From Salmonella phage ST64T, in sequence record NC_004348.1: a stretch of 32,000 bases of DNA. One strand, 5' to 3'. This document shows positions 1 to 10,266 of this stretch, one piece after another. Made by a program: the position numbers and the translations under genes. Positions within the stretch are counted from its first letter, which is position 1; the number at the start of each line of letters is the position of its first letter. Under the pieces are notes generated by a model that saw only the letters and a list, made by a program, of their open reading frames with translations, was not told the origin of the DNA and did no database searches.

Positions 1-16
1 GGTAAATGTTCTATAG

Positions 17-1474
17 CTAATTAAACCTAACAACTATGGTTTCCCCTACAACACCAATATCGTATACGTTATTACCAGATTTTTTCCACCCATTTTCAAG
101 TTTCACCTCTTTGTCATATAGTCTGTAATTTCTGGAGAACACATTTCTTTGCATTAACACCTCTGACCACATCCAATTATTGTTAATAATGCGTGGTATT
201 AACTCTCTCATTAAAGGATGCTTTATTACTATGTTTTCATTTATTGATGCATACGGTTCTGTGCCAATGAATTTTATATTTTTCTTGTCTCTTCCAAATC
301 CAAGATGATCTATGTCTTGAGATATTCTATTTACAATGCTTTCCTCAAGCTGAAACTGTGCATTTATGGCATTGTAAGCACCATAAGAAAATATTGTTGA
401 TATTAAAAGAATAAAAGAAAAATATATTCTTGATATTAACTGCTTATCTTCAAAAGCATAGAATACGCATAGGCAACAAAAAAACATAAAGCCACCCATA
501 CCAATCAATACCCTCGGTGCGTATATTGGTGATTTTAGAAAAATCATTGGTCCAATGATGAAAAACATTGATGCCAATAAAATTAAAACTACTAGCAAGA
601 ACTTTGTTTTCTTATTTTCATCTCTTTTGATTACTTTTAAAACTATGACTATCAAAGAAATGATTAGCGCAAAGAATAGCGAGTAGTAGATTAAGTAATT
701 ATCGCCATTCAAGATCGTGCTAAACATTCTATAAAATGATAAGACGTTAGAAATTATCCCTTCAAATAAACTTGAGTTTATCTCTATAATCTTACTATGT
801 TCGATATTGTAAGAACCTGTTACAAGTCTTTTTGCAATAAAGTAAGAATAGGCAAAATATCCTACTATTAAACCAGCGACAGAAGATGCTGTATTTTTTG
901 TGATATTTGAAATTGAGTTTTTCTTAACCACATCTGAAATTATAAAGGCCAACAAGAATATTGCGTAAGTATTCAGCGCAGCCTGATAAAGACTAAGGAA
1001 TGCAATGGTTAAAATGGATGATATTATGATATTTATAGGCTTGTATTGATAAGCGACATACGATGAGATAATAGATATTGCCACACTCATGCACATTGTT
1101 AATGAATCATATCTATATGATAGATTTTCAATAAAGAATGGGTTTGCCAAAATCATCATAAAACAAAGAGATGCTGTGATGTAGTCATCTCCAAACAGCT
1201 TTTCCCTGATGCAGGATAGTGCCAATGCTAAAATAACTATCCCTAGCATTAAAGGTAGCGGAGAAGCATCTATAATTGGGGTTCCAAAATTAATGATATA
1301 GAAAATAAAGTCGGAAAGTGGGCGACCATTGCCTGACCAACCCAACCCGCCATATAAAGACCTACCCAAGTCATCAACGAAAAATGATTGATGTGTCAAT
1401 AAAGGAAATGTATATATAATCGCCAATCCAAGAAAGATTGATATAAATATCCTGTCATTACTATTAAATTTCAC
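17..1474 (-). CDS. gtrC: Serotype-specific O-antigen glucosyltransferase, GtrC/GtrII-like polytopic membrane protein
   Basis: 485 aa, many TM segments, third gene of a gtrA-gtrB-gtrC operon next to attP, as in P22. Confidence 0.85.
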   Translation of the reverse strand: MKFNSNDRIFISIFLGLAIIYTFPLLTHQSFFVDDLGRSLYGGLGWSGNGRPLSDFIFYIINFGTPIIDASPLPLMLGIVILALALSCIREKLFGDDYITASLCFMMILANPFFIENLSYRYDSLTMCMSVAISIISSYVAYQYKPINIIISSILTIAFLSLYQAALNTYAIFLLAFIISDVVKKNSISNITKNTASSVAGLIVGYFAYSYFIAKRLVTGSYNIEHSKIIEINSSLFEGIISNVLSFYRMFSTILNGDNYLIYYSLFFALIISLIVIVLKVIKRDENKKTKFLLVVLILLASMFFIIGPMIFLKSPIYAPRVLIGMGGFMFFCCLCVFYAFEDKQLISRIYFSFILLISTIFSYGAYNAINAQFQLEESIVNRISQDIDHLGFGRDKKNIKFIGTEPYASINENIVIKHPLMRELIPRIINNNWMWSEVLMQRNVFSRNYRLYDKEVKLENGWKKSGNNVYDIGVVGETIVVRFN

Positions 1475-2396
1475 TTTTAAAACCCTTACGCTTTAATATG
1501 TATTTAGGCCGCTGTTTGGTTTCTATGTAAATTCTACCAATATATTCTCCAAGAATACCTATTCCTATCAATTGAACGCCACCCAGGAAAAGAACAGAAA
1601 CAAGAAGAGACGGGTAGCCAGGAACATTATTTCCAAATATTAATTTATCAATAATCATCCATGCACCGTAAAGGAATGACATACCTGCAATAAACAATCC
1701 AATGTAAGTCCATATGCGGAGCGGAAATGTTGAGAAAGAAGTTATTCCCTCCAGCGCCAGGTTCCATAATTTCCAGCCGTTGAATTTCGAATCACCGGCC
1801 ACGCGTTCGGCACGGGCATATTTAACAACATCCGTTTTTCCGCCAACCCAACTGAGCACACCCTTCATAAACAAGTTGCGTTCTGGCATTTGTTTGATGT
1901 TCTCGACAACCGCACGGCTCATTAACCGAAAGTCGCCAACATTTTCTTCGATTTTTGGATTGCTGATTTTATTGTGCAGCTTATAAAACCACTCAGCTGT
2001 CTTACGCTTCAACCTCCCATCAGTTGAGCGGTCTGAGCGCTTAGCCAGCACCATATCCGCGCCAGCCTGCCACTTCTCAATGAGATGAGGGATAACTTCT
2101 ATCGGATCCTGTAAATCGACATCAATAGGAATGACCGCATCTCCGGTTGCATGGTCGAGACCCGCGAAAAGAGCAGGTTCTTTACCGAAGTTTCGCGTAA
2201 ACGAAAGCGGAATAACGAGCGGATCAGATGCGGCTATTTTGTTAATTATTGATTCAGTCGCATCTTTACTACCATCATTAATAAAAACGATCTCAATTTC
2301 ATATTCTTTTAGCTCATTAAACTCACGTACCGTTTTATAGAAAATCGGTATCGTGTCTTCTTCGTTAAAAACTGGAACGACAAGAGAGATTTTCAT
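1464..2396 (-). CDS. gtrB: Bactoprenol glucosyltransferase GtrB (GT2)
   Basis: [23 protein letters not shown]..., DVDLQDP motif, two C-terminal TM helices; the ORF track start at 2441 is upstream of the likely ATG at 2396. Confidence 0.95.
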   Translation of the reverse strand: MKISLVVPVFNEEDTIPIFYKTVREFNELKEYEIEIVFINDGSKDATESIINKIAASDPLVIPLSFTRNFGKEPALFAGLDHATGDAVIPIDVDLQDPIEVIPHLIEKWQAGADMVLAKRSDRSTDGRLKRKTAEWFYKLHNKISNPKIEENVGDFRLMSRAVVENIKQMPERNLFMKGVLSWVGGKTDVVKYARAERVAGDSKFNGWKLWNLALEGITSFSTFPLRIWTYIGLFIAGMSFLYGAWMIIDKLIFGNNVPGYPSLLVSVLFLGGVQLIGIGILGEYIGRIYIETKQRPKYILKRKGFKSEI

Positions 2397-2755
2397 CTTA
2401 TATCCCTGAAAACAATGAATCTGGAATAGATAAAGCCGCATACCAGGCTAATTGCCGAGAAAGTGATAAGGGTAATCAATGGTGGCAAGGAACATTGGTC
2501 AGCCATCCAGCCAACAACAGCGCTCAGTGTTCCCATGAATCCCACATACATCATGTAGCGAAGCGTGGTGGTGGTGGCATTAAAGGTGAAACGCGCATTG
2601 GCATAGAAGCTGAACGATACGGCGATAACAAAACCGGAAAAGTTCGCCAGCGCCTGATGCGTATGCATCCCATACACACAAAAAGCAAATACGCCCCAAT
2701 GAATAAGCGTGTTAAGAACACCGATCGATGTGTACTTAGCGAATAACTTCAACAT
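2393..2755 (-). CDS. gtrA: Bactoprenol-linked glucose translocase (flippase) GtrA
   Basis: 120 aa, four TM helices, GtrA family sequence ([23 protein letters not shown]...), overlaps gtrB by 4 nt. Confidence 0.95.
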   Translation of the reverse strand: MLKLFAKYTSIGVLNTLIHWGVFAFCVYGMHTHQALANFSGFVIAVSFSFYANARFTFNATTTTLRYMMYVGFMGTLSAVVGWMADQCSLPPLITLITFSAISLVCGFIYSRFIVFRDIR

Positions 2756-2805
2756 TATGAAAATCAGCGGATTCGGAAAGGTCTGGAGTGTAGCACTACA
2801 AATTG

Positions 2806-2892
2806 CTTTGATCGATATAAACGATCAATAATGTAAACTTTGATAGTTTAAAGTTATTGTTTGCTCGTTAATTGATCGTTGTTACCGATCAA
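2806..2892 (-). promoter_or_regulatory. gtr operon regulatory region with two GATC pairs (candidate Dam/OxyR phase-variation switch)
   Basis: GATC at 2810, 2823, 2874 and 2887: two pairs, each spaced 13 bp, upstream of gtrA. Confidence 0.8.
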
Positions 2893-2916
2893 TTTTTATT
2901 GCTGATTGCTAAGTGG

Positions 2917-3158
2917 TTTGGGACAAAAACGGGACACACAAAGCTTTGCATCGGCTTGCAAGGCTTTGCATGTTTTTCGAAGATGGGACGTGTGAGCGCA
3001 GGTATGACGCGGTATGTTGTTGACTTAAAAGGTAGTTCTTATAATTCGTAATGCGAAGGTCGTAGGTTCGACTCCTATTATCGGCACCAGTTAAATCAAA
3101 TACTTACGTATTATTCGTGCCTTCCTTATTTTTACTGTGGGACATATTTGGGACAGAA
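2917..3158. other. attP: attP region: 46-bp core plus flanking arm repeats
   Basis: Core ATTCGTAATGCGAAGGTCGTAGGTTCGACTCCTATTATCGGCACCA at 3044-3089 equals the 3' part of a tRNA-Thr(CGU) gene (thrW), the P22-type site; GGGACA pairs on both sides. Confidence 0.92.
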
Positions 3159-4267
3159 GTACCAAAAATCGAGTCAATTTGTCGAGCATGTTCAGTCAGG
3201 TGATTTGGTGCCAGATGAGCATATCTGCGAACCATTTCGATAGACTCCCAGCCACCCATTTCCTGCAATACCGAAATCGGAACGCCAGCCTGAACTAACC
3301 AGCTTGCCCACGTGTGCCTCAGGTCATGAAAACGGAAGTCTTCAATGCCTGCTCGTTTTAATGCTGACCTCCATGCAGTATTAGCGTCATAGCGCATCTT
3401 CCTCACTACAGGTGATTTAGTTCCGTCTGGCTTGGTGCTGCTTTCCTTGTAGACGAACACCCATTTGTGATGATTGCCTATTTGCTTTTTCAGCACCCGG
3501 CAAGCAGTATCATTCAGCGCCACGCCAATGGCCTGATTGGACTTACTTTGTTCCGGGTGTATCCATGCCACCTTTCGCTGCATGTCTATCTGCTGCCACT
3601 CCAGATTGATAATGTTAGACCGCCTTAAGCCAGTAGAAAGCGCAAACTCTACGACTGACTTTAGCGGTTCCGGGCATTCATCAATCAACCTTTTTGCCTC
3701 GTGAGGCTCAAGCCAGCGGATACGCTTATTTTTCGGCTGAGGAACTTTGATGATCGGAGCCTTATCCAGCATCTTCCATTCGCGTTCAGCAGCCCGGAGG
3801 AGTGCCTTAATGAATGAAAGGTGAGTTGCTTTTGTGGCTAATGCTGCCGGCTTAGGCTTGAATACCGGAGGTTGCTTCCCATTCTTCCTGCAAGCTTCAT
3901 CCATTAACTTCCAGTTTTCCTCATGCCGCCGATTAGTCATCTTCTGGATGGCGGAGTAAATCTTCGTCTCGGTAATATCCTTCAACTGCATCCCTGCAAA
4001 ATGCTGGAGCCAGAATCCTATCCGACTCTTGTCATCATCCAGCGACTTCTTATGCGCCTTCTCCTCTAACCACCTGACACAGGCCTCCTCAAAAGTCATG
4101 TCAGGCGTCTCTCCTAATTTACTTACCCTCCATGCTTCTGCCTTCAGCTTGTCATGAAGCTCTGTGGCCTGCCTTTTGTCCTTTGTCCCAAGAGACTGCT
4201 TAAATCTTTTGCCGTTCGGCAATGTGAAACTGGCGTACCAGGTTTCACCTCTGCGGAATAGTGACAT
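3104..4267 (-). CDS. int: P22-type tyrosine recombinase integrase
   Basis: 387 aa with catalytic motifs [19 protein letters not shown] and RRYAH; adjacent to attP. Confidence 0.97.
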   Translation of the reverse strand: MSLFRRGETWYASFTLPNGKRFKQSLGTKDKRQATELHDKLKAEAWRVSKLGETPDMTFEEACVRWLEEKAHKKSLDDDKSRIGFWLQHFAGMQLKDITETKIYSAIQKMTNRRHEENWKLMDEACRKNGKQPPVFKPKPAALATKATHLSFIKALLRAAEREWKMLDKAPIIKVPQPKNKRIRWLEPHEAKRLIDECPEPLKSVVEFALSTGLRRSNIINLEWQQIDMQRKVAWIHPEQSKSNQAIGVALNDTACRVLKKQIGNHHKWVFVYKESSTKPDGTKSPVVRKMRYDANTAWRSALKRAGIEDFRFHDLRHTWASWLVQAGVPISVLQEMGGWESIEMVRRYAHLAPNHLTEHARQIDSIFGTSVPNMSHSKNKEGTNNT

Positions 4268-4494
4268 TTCAGTTCCTCTGTTATGTCATCACCCGCGCTC
4301 ACCTGGACAGTATGCAGCGGAGACTGAAGTGCCGCAATGCAGGCTTGTCGTGTGGTGAGGTAAGGGGATTTCGGTTTGGTGGGGTCTTTACGTGTTGCCT
4401 GTAGTCGGCCTGTGCGAATCCAGTTGGTGGCGGTAGGTCTGGATATCTTGAGAAATGCACAGGCCTCATCGAGTGTGAGACTGTGTGATTCCAT
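4144..4494 (-). CDS. xis: P22-type excisionase
   Basis: 116 aa [40 protein letters not shown]..., overlaps int start; wHTH. Confidence 0.92.
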   Translation of the reverse strand: MESHSLTLDEACAFLKISRPTATNWIRTGRLQATRKDPTKPKSPYLTTRQACIAALQSPLHTVQVSAGDDITEELKCHYSAEVKPGTPVSHCRTAKDLSSLLGQRTKGRPQSFMTS

Positions 4495-4496
4495 GA

Positions 4497-5126
4497 TTAC
4501 TCCACAGCTTCTTCTTCAACTTCATTCGCGATGTCGTAGAATTTCCCGTAAGTTATTTTCTTGAAGCTGTCAGGGATAACAACTTCGCCATGCCTCTCTT
4601 CTTTGTTATTTGGTATTGCAAAAATAAGACAATCATTGCGCTTCGGGTGCTTACCGCCATACGTTGATAACATAACGAAACCAAGTCCACGGCCCGATTG
4701 ACCACCAATTCCTGTACGCATAATCCCGTAGTGGTTGGTTATGTAGTAATTCCATTCAGGCAAGGATTTTAGCTTGGCGTTAGCGTTATGTATGATTGCA
4801 TCCAGCTCTTTGTTGTATGCGCGGCCTTCCTTTGTGTTTCCCTTTCCTCGCGCTATCACAACTCTCTTCCCGTCCCAAAAATCCTCGTGTTTGATTGTTA
4901 TCTGGCATGGGAATTCATATCCTTTTTCCCAAACGAAGCTTTGTAGAAGTCCGCCTTCTCCACCCCAGCTACTGGTTGTAGTCCATGCGTTTGCGCCAAC
5001 CTTTTCAGCGGCTGTGGTTAGGATTGAATTTCGTTGATCGTTAATGGTGTCGTATGACTGGATAAGCTCCTTAACATCCTCACCCTCTACCATGTAGTAG
5101 TCGTAATATTTGCTCTGGTCTGACAT
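4497..5126 (-). CDS. Conserved phage hypothetical protein
   Basis: ORF in leftward operon; likely start MSDQSKYYDYY at 5126 with a purine-rich SD, not 5153. Confidence 0.75.
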   Translation of the reverse strand: MSDQSKYYDYYMVEGEDVKELIQSYDTINDQRNSILTTAAEKVGANAWTTTSSWGGEGGLLQSFVWEKGYEFPCQITIKHEDFWDGKRVVIARGKGNTKEGRAYNKELDAIIHNANAKLKSLPEWNYYITNHYGIMRTGIGGQSGRGLGFVMLSTYGGKHPKRNDCLIFAIPNNKEERHGEVVIPDSFKKITYGKFYDIANEVEEEAVE

Positions 5127-5226
5127 TTCTTGTCTCCAATAAAAAACCGCCATCAGGCGGCTTGGTGTTCTTTCAGTTCTTCAATTCGAATATTGGTTAC
5201 ATTGTTTTCATATATGAATAAATAAA

Positions 5227-5406
5227 TTAGCTTTTTTCGTTGCCTTTGCGTTCCTTATTAATTCTGACAAACTCGTTTTTACCACGCTCTCCAAATGCGT
5301 CTTTAGAGTCGTTGTATCCGCAATCGCAGCACACATAATCATCAGACCATCCACGCATTGTTTTTTCTTTTGCAATATTTCCAGAACCGCATTTTGGACA
5401 AGACAT
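5227..5406 (-). CDS. Small zinc-ribbon-like protein
   Basis: MSCPKCGSGN...YVCCDCGYND, two Cx2C motifs; GGAGG SD upstream of ATG at 5406. Confidence 0.7.
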   Translation of the reverse strand: MSCPKCGSGNIAKEKTMRGWSDDYVCCDCGYNDSKDAFGERGKNEFVRINKERKGNEKS

Positions 5407-5502
5407 GTCACTACCTCCAAAGCATGAGTGAGATGACAACGTAACATTGATTGGAGATTAACAATAGATTGCTGATGTAAAAGATATGTATAAGCTTCGC
5501 TA

Positions 5503-6048
5503 TCAAAGGGGAGGATCTGGTAGCTGCATCCAGTGGCTTACACCGATAATTTCCATACCCTCCCAATAGTCAAAGAACCCATCATCGTCGTATGTAGCAA
5601 CGAACATCCCCTGACCCAGACATTTTCCGGTAAAAATTGCGATGGGTTTAGATTCATCATTATCTGGCATTCGCTCACTACAGCTTATCCAGCCACCCGG
5701 AATTACCGGAGAGTTGCCATTCACATCGAAATTTGGTTCAGCGTCCTGAACCAGAAGAATGTAGCCATTCTTTGCTGTGTCCAGTTCTGATACCTCGGTG
5801 ACAGTACCGAAATAGCGATTCCCGGCATCAGCATCACAAGTGCTGACATCAATGGACACCTCCATGCCTTCGATTAATTCTGGCAACTCGTAAGTTTGGC
5901 TTACAGGTTGGTTTAGTTTTTCTAAATCATGATGCAGGGCGGCGCGAACTGTACGCGCAATTCGTTCACGTAACTGTTGTGTGCCGTGATACTCAATAGC
6001 AATATCATGCAGCTCGTTTACAATCTCCCGGATTTGATTATCTTTCAC
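5503..6048 (-). CDS. ea-type phage protein with C-terminal DUF551-like segment
   Basis: 181 aa; ...GGWISCSERMPDNDESKPI...YWEGMEIIGVSHWMQLPDPP pattern. Confidence 0.75.
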   Translation of the reverse strand: MKDNQIREIVNELHDIAIEYHGTQQLRERIARTVRAALHHDLEKLNQPVSQTYELPELIEGMEVSIDVSTCDADAGNRYFGTVTEVSELDTAKNGYILLVQDAEPNFDVNGNSPVIPGGWISCSERMPDNDESKPIAIFTGKCLGQGMFVATYDDDGFFDYWEGMEIIGVSHWMQLPDPPL

Positions 6049-6860
6049 GATTTACCTCCGTTGAGCATGGCATTGCGGCAGGCGTTATAGCCTTGCGCAA
6101 AGCTCTTTTGATAAAGATTCATGTCATCAGATGTCGCCATTTCATCAGGCACTACCGGCGCAGGCTGCTCTTTGATATGCAGCCGCGGCTCGCCGTCTTT
6201 CGGCTCCGGCCACTGGCGGGCCTTGTTTATCGCCAGCTTTTCCACCATCGCCATGGTAATCTGCTCGTCAGTAACACCAGCACGGCGTTGAGCATCCCAT
6301 AGCAGGAACTGCATATCAGCCCATTCAAGCGGATCGGATGGGTCGGCAGCGGCCTCCAATGCTTCTTTCGAGAGATGTTTCAGCGGACCGACAGGGCCAA
6401 CATCGCCGAATGTCTTATCTGACCACTCGGCGTGCTCACGGCGTATCCGGTTGCGTTCTGGTGCAGGCTGCTCTTTGCCAACCAGACGCGTTATTTCTGA
6501 TTCCAGGAGTGAGCCTAAAACTGTACTCGTGCAGTGCTCAGCCCGTTCGTTTTTTTTCAGCAGGCCGATGATATTGAGCACATCATTGTAAACGCCAGTT
6601 TCCTGCACTGGCGGGGCGGCGTAGAGCGGTATATACACGGCAACATCATCAGCAGCATTTGGCTGCTGCTCTAACGTCACGCATGTACCGGAAAATTTAT
6701 TCAGGTATCGCACAGACTCAGCATACAGCGATGCCAGCGCACGCTTCAGCACAATAAGAATTTTGGCGTCATCATCGTCGAGGCCAAACGGAATATCGTC
6801 GCGAGTGTTTTCAAATTCAGCGATAGTTTGCTGTAGCCATTCTTTGGTAATAGTGGTCAT
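6045..6860 (-). CDS. Modular ea22-like protein containing a DUF550 / dATP-dGTP pyrophosphohydrolase-like segment
   Basis: EHAEWSDKTFGDVGPVGPLKHLSKEALEAAADPSDPLEWADMQFLLWDAQRRAG... resembles DUF550. Confidence 0.7.
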   Translation of the reverse strand: MTTITKEWLQQTIAEFENTRDDIPFGLDDDDAKILIVLKRALASLYAESVRYLNKFSGTCVTLEQQPNAADDVAVYIPLYAAPPVQETGVYNDVLNIIGLLKKNERAEHCTSTVLGSLLESEITRLVGKEQPAPERNRIRREHAEWSDKTFGDVGPVGPLKHLSKEALEAAADPSDPLEWADMQFLLWDAQRRAGVTDEQITMAMVEKLAINKARQWPEPKDGEPRLHIKEQPAPVVPDEMATSDDMNLYQKSFAQGYNACRNAMLNGGKS

Positions 6861-6870
6861 GGGTTAGCCC

Positions 6871-7134
6871 TCAGCCTGCCGTGCTTTCAACTGGAGATGG
6901 GAAATCAATAGCCCCTTCAATATGCGCACCTGCTACACGGCACGCCGGGGACCAGTCTGCCGCTTTGCCAGTGTCCAGCGCCTTTTCAACTTCGTTGTAT
7001 TTGCGCAGGTCATACAGGTGAATATTCGAATCGCCGATGGTGTAAAAACCGATTTTTTTCGGTGACGGGCAACGGGCCAGCACCGCGTTAACCTCATCAA
7101 TCCAGGCTTGTTCTTTCTTCGTTAATTTTGCCAT
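6871..7134 (-). CDS. Phage hypothetical protein
   Basis: 87 aa ORF, compactly packed in the leftward operon. Confidence 0.6.
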   Translation of the reverse strand: MAKLTKKEQAWIDEVNAVLARCPSPKKIGFYTIGDSNIHLYDLRKYNEVEKALDTGKAADWSPACRVAGAHIEGAIDFPSPVESTAG

Positions 7135-7397
7135 TTGTTTTTAGGCTCCACAGCAATGAATGCACCGCAGCAGCCGCATTCATATTCGTTGATGAATCGA
7201 CCGTTTTCTGTCCAGTCGTTAGACTTGCATTTGTTGCAGCGAATCTCATAATTACCAAGTCGTGCTATATCAGTGGCGCTTACCCACTGACCATCATCAA
7301 ACCTAAATCCGGCTATCTCATGCGGCGCATAGCGGATAACCATTCGCCCCGCGTCGTTCACACATTCCGTGGGATAGCGTAAAAAAATCCGAGCCAT
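7122..7397 (-). CDS. Small zinc-finger-like hypothetical protein
   Basis: 91 aa with CNKC...CGCC; overlaps neighbour by a few nt. Confidence 0.6.
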   Translation of the reverse strand: MARIFLRYPTECVNDAGRMVIRYAPHEIAGFRFDDGQWVSATDIARLGNYEIRCNKCKSNDWTENGRFINEYECGCCGAFIAVEPKNKWQN

Positions 7398-7430
7398 TCT
7401 GTTTACGCCCTTGTGGGGCGTCTCCGTTAA

Positions 7431-7667
7431 TTAGTTCGTCCAGTACGTTAATTCTTCAGCTACGTGATAATTGGCGTCATCCTGGTCCTCAAATGGCGGA
7501 TCTGTTTTGAGGTGTTCTTCAACTGTGATTGCGGCATTCTCCCGACAGAATGCTTTCCACGCTTTACGGCCACCTTTCCAGCTTTGCCCCTGATGCCATC
7601 CCAAAGCCTTTGTTTCGGTACGCCATGCCCGGTTTGCTAGCTGCATTTGTGTCTTAGCCATACTCAC
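7431..7667 (-). CDS. Phage hypothetical protein
   Basis: 78 aa ORF, overlaps next start by 4 nt. Confidence 0.55.
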   Translation of the reverse strand: MSMAKTQMQLANRAWRTETKALGWHQGQSWKGGRKAWKAFCRENAAITVEEHLKTDPPFEDQDDANYHVAEELTYWTN

Positions 7668-8186
7668 CCCTTAACCTTGATGCCAGCGGTGCGTATTTCG
7701 TGTATCGCATTATCATTACCAGCACACCAACCCTCGGCATAATCCCGGCTGAATCCGCTCATGTGCATGACTTCTCCAACGCTGAGTTTTGACAGGTTGA
7801 CCTTCCGCGCCTCCAGTTCTGCCACCCGGCGAGCCTCACGGGTTGCAATTCCCGCGTATTCAATCAGGCGTTGGTCCAGTTCGGCTATGAGGCGTTCTGC
7901 TGTATCCAAATCCTCGCCTAACTTCTGCGCCATCCGAAACCAATTGGCGCGCTGTTCCTCTTTGGTTTCCAGCTCATCCAGCAGCGCCAGCATGGTGGCG
8001 GGGTTGGCTTGCGGCGATAAATTCCGCGTCACGTTTCTCAACAGTATGGGCCAACGTCACTTCTTCACCGCAAAGAGAAAATGGCGTTACCGTGATGCCA
8101 TTGAACAGTGATGAGGTGCGGCGCCAATTCCCCGGCGTAGCCCTCTCAGCCACTTCACGAAGCGCCCGTTTGTCGATGTTGCTCAT
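7664..8186 (-). pseudogene. Frameshifted ea22-like gene
   Basis: [21 protein letters not shown]...KRDAEFIAAS in one frame, ANPATMLALLDELE... in the next; together these make the usual ea22-like module; join near 8006-8012. Confidence 0.7.
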
Positions 8187-8560
8187 TGGGCGGCCTCCTG
8201 GCGAAGTTGGGTTTCCCATTCTTCTATCGCCTTCTCCGCGTATTCACCTGACAAACCGTCATCCGCGGGTAGTGGGTCATTGGCTAAATCCTCTTTCGCC
8301 GACAAAATCATGCGTGTCACGTCGAGAACTTCTGATACAGGTTTATCGAGGAATCCGTGATTGAATGCGGCGGCGAGGCGGCTGGCGGCATAGTTGATAC
8401 CTTCATTACGCGCACTTGCCCGCACCTCAGCCAGCGCCGCGTATTTATCCTCAAGCTCCGCATAATCACTATGACGCACCATGTCAGTACAGAATGATTC
8501 TCCTGTTATTGGTGGTGATAACTGGTCACTGACAATCGTGTATATTTTCACTTCTTTCAT
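8183..8560 (-). CDS. Phage hypothetical protein
   Basis: 125 aa ORF, ATGA overlap with upstream small ORF. Confidence 0.6.
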   Translation of the reverse strand: MKEVKIYTIVSDQLSPPITGESFCTDMVRHSDYAELEDKYAALAEVRASARNEGINYAASRLAAAFNHGFLDKPVSEVLDVTRMILSAKEDLANDPLPADDGLSGEYAEKAIEEWETQLRQEAAQ

Positions 8561-8727
8561 TTCTTCCCACTCCGCAACATTGCATTCAGATATTTGTTTT
8601 CATTAACAGAACCGAAACTATTTCGCTTAAGCATTTCTTCGCGTGGAATATCGTTGATGGGTTTGAAGCGGTGTCGAATAATCATTTCCGATGGAAGGAT
8701 GCCGGGGTCGTAGGACAAACCTCTCAT
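8557..8727 (-). CDS. Small phage protein (56 aa), absent from ORF track
   Basis: Translated by hand: [56 protein letters not shown]; stop overlaps next start. Confidence 0.6.
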   Translation of the reverse strand: MRGLSYDPGILPSEMIIRHRFKPINDIPREEMLKRNSFGSVNENKYLNAMLRSGKK

Positions 8728-8737
8728 GATGAATTCC

Positions 8738-9031
8738 TCAGTTATTGCTGATAGCGCCGTAACGCGAACGGTAATTTTTAAGGCGCGGGTCTATTTCAAT
8801 GAATTGGGTGTATGTGGCTTTGCGGAATGGCCGGATGGATGTCTGGTAAATTCGCTCGCGTTCTTCTTTCTCTGCAAGCCATATACAGTGGCGAAATTCC
8901 TTTTCCTCTTTCGTTTCCTGCGGTAGCGACATTATCAGGTCGTAGTTCTTTCTGAATTTTTCCAGCACCTCCGATACGGAATTGCCGGAACAGCGGCGCG
9001 GGTCATCCGCACCATATAGAGGCGCTGGCAT
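8738..9031 (-). CDS. Phage hypothetical protein
   Basis: 97 aa ORF in leftward operon. Confidence 0.55.
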   Translation of the reverse strand: MPAPLYGADDPRRCSGNSVSEVLEKFRKNYDLIMSLPQETKEEKEFRHCIWLAEKEERERIYQTSIRPFRKATYTQFIEIDPRLKNYRSRYGAISNN

Positions 9032-9077
9032 AATTTACTCCAGGGTAGGTTATCCGAATAATGTGGTACGTATAGGG

Positions 9078-9362
9078 TTATTTCTTTCGTAAACGTGATA
9101 GCCTGCTTTTTACCGACTCTTCACTTCGCCCGAGAATTTTTGCTACATTTCTTTGTGTATAGCCTGATGAGATAAGCGCCTGCATCTTTTTGTCTTCGTC
9201 GTCGCTCCATCTTGGCTTAACGAATGCCGTTTTTAATGACAGTTTTTTTGCTATGTAATAAAACTGATTTATGTTTAGGCCCAGATGTTCTGCTGCACGG
9301 CAAGCTACCATGCGACCGCAAACTGACTCCATCTCAGCTGGAGTTATGTTTAATCTTCTCAT
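9078..9362 (-). CDS. HTH/Myb-SANT-like DNA-binding protein
   Basis: 94 aa; [46 protein letters not shown]. Confidence 0.65.
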   Translation of the reverse strand: MRRLNITPAEMESVCGRMVACRAAEHLGLNINQFYYIAKKLSLKTAFVKPRWSDDEDKKMQALISSGYTQRNVAKILGRSEESVKSRLSRLRKK

Positions 9363-10069
9363 TAAGCCACCTGTTTAAGCTCATTTATTCTGATATTCAT
9401 TACCTGAACGCATCTTGTCTGCGCATCATCGTGACCAGCCAATAATTGCCAGTCATGCTGGTATCTCTCAATTAGTTTTTTCTTGTCCGTTTCTGTTGCT
9501 GCATAATCGCTGAAGTCTTTCAGGATTTGTTCGCAGTCAACCGATGGAGATTTCTGGTTGGTATTTTCTGGTGATGGTTGATTGCATGATGCTGGCATGG
9601 CCCAGTCCGGCAGCGATGGAGGGAGCCAGTAAAATCCTGTTCCATCCTTCAGTTTGGCCCTGTGCCATCCTTGTTTCTTATCACTGGATATCTGCGCAAA
9701 ACCTTCCTCAAGGTTATACAGATACCGACCAATTCCCCACTGAACGGCAGCACGCTTCATTGCGCCGGAGCGACCACCTTTGACGGCTTCTACCTGTGTG
9801 TTTTCAGCAGCATCCCATTTAGTTACCCATTCGGAATCAATCTTGATTGATATGCCGCATTCAACGCCACCGTTGTTGGGAATATCGCGGTATTCATTGC
9901 GCCATCCTTCTTTGCCGCAAACATCGTCCAGGCGTTTCATGATTGCCCTGTTCGTGACATAAGCCAGCACCATAGCCCACACTTTGCCATCGCGTGTTTT
10001 ACCGCTTTGCTGTATTCGCCATTCGATATCTTCAGGATTGAATGGGGCGTCGAATTTATTCAAATCCAT
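9362..10069 (-). CDS. Rad52/22-family single-strand annealing protein
   Basis: 235 aa; [24 protein letters not shown]...[22 protein letters not shown] is the Rad52-type signature; occupies the place of P22 erf. Confidence 0.85.
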   Translation of the reverse strand: MDLNKFDAPFNPEDIEWRIQQSGKTRDGKVWAMVLAYVTNRAIMKRLDDVCGKEGWRNEYRDIPNNGGVECGISIKIDSEWVTKWDAAENTQVEAVKGGRSGAMKRAAVQWGIGRYLYNLEEGFAQISSDKKQGWHRAKLKDGTGFYWLPPSLPDWAMPASCNQPSPENTNQKSPSVDCEQILKDFSDYAATETDKKKLIERYQHDWQLLAGHDDAQTRCVQVMNIRINELKQVA

Positions 10070-10077
10070 AATTCACC

Positions 10078-10266
10078 TCAGAATGGTAATTCGGAAGGAT
10101 TAGCCAGAAATTCACCTTTGTTTATTCTCTCGTTTTTGGCTAATGAAAGGCAATTTCGTTTCATCGATTTATTACCTGACTTGCGCCAGTACATTGCCTC
10201 TGTCAGGTGATACTGACGTTTTAACCTGCTCAACTCCGGTGTCCTTGCTAAATCTACTGGTATCAT
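10078..10266 (-). CDS. Small phage protein
   Basis: MIPVDLARTPELSRLKRQYHLTEAMYW...; ATGA overlap with kil stop supports start at 10266 (10278 possible). Confidence 0.6.
   Translation of the reverse strand: MIPVDLARTPELSRLKRQYHLTEAMYWRKSGNKSMKRNCLSLAKNERINKGEFLANPSELPF

Noticed and set aside
3044-3089. Possible tRNA gene at the att core
   Set aside because: Only the anticodon arm, T arm and 3' acceptor strand are present; the 5' part is absent, so it is an att core restoring tRNA-Thr on integration, not a phage tRNA gene.
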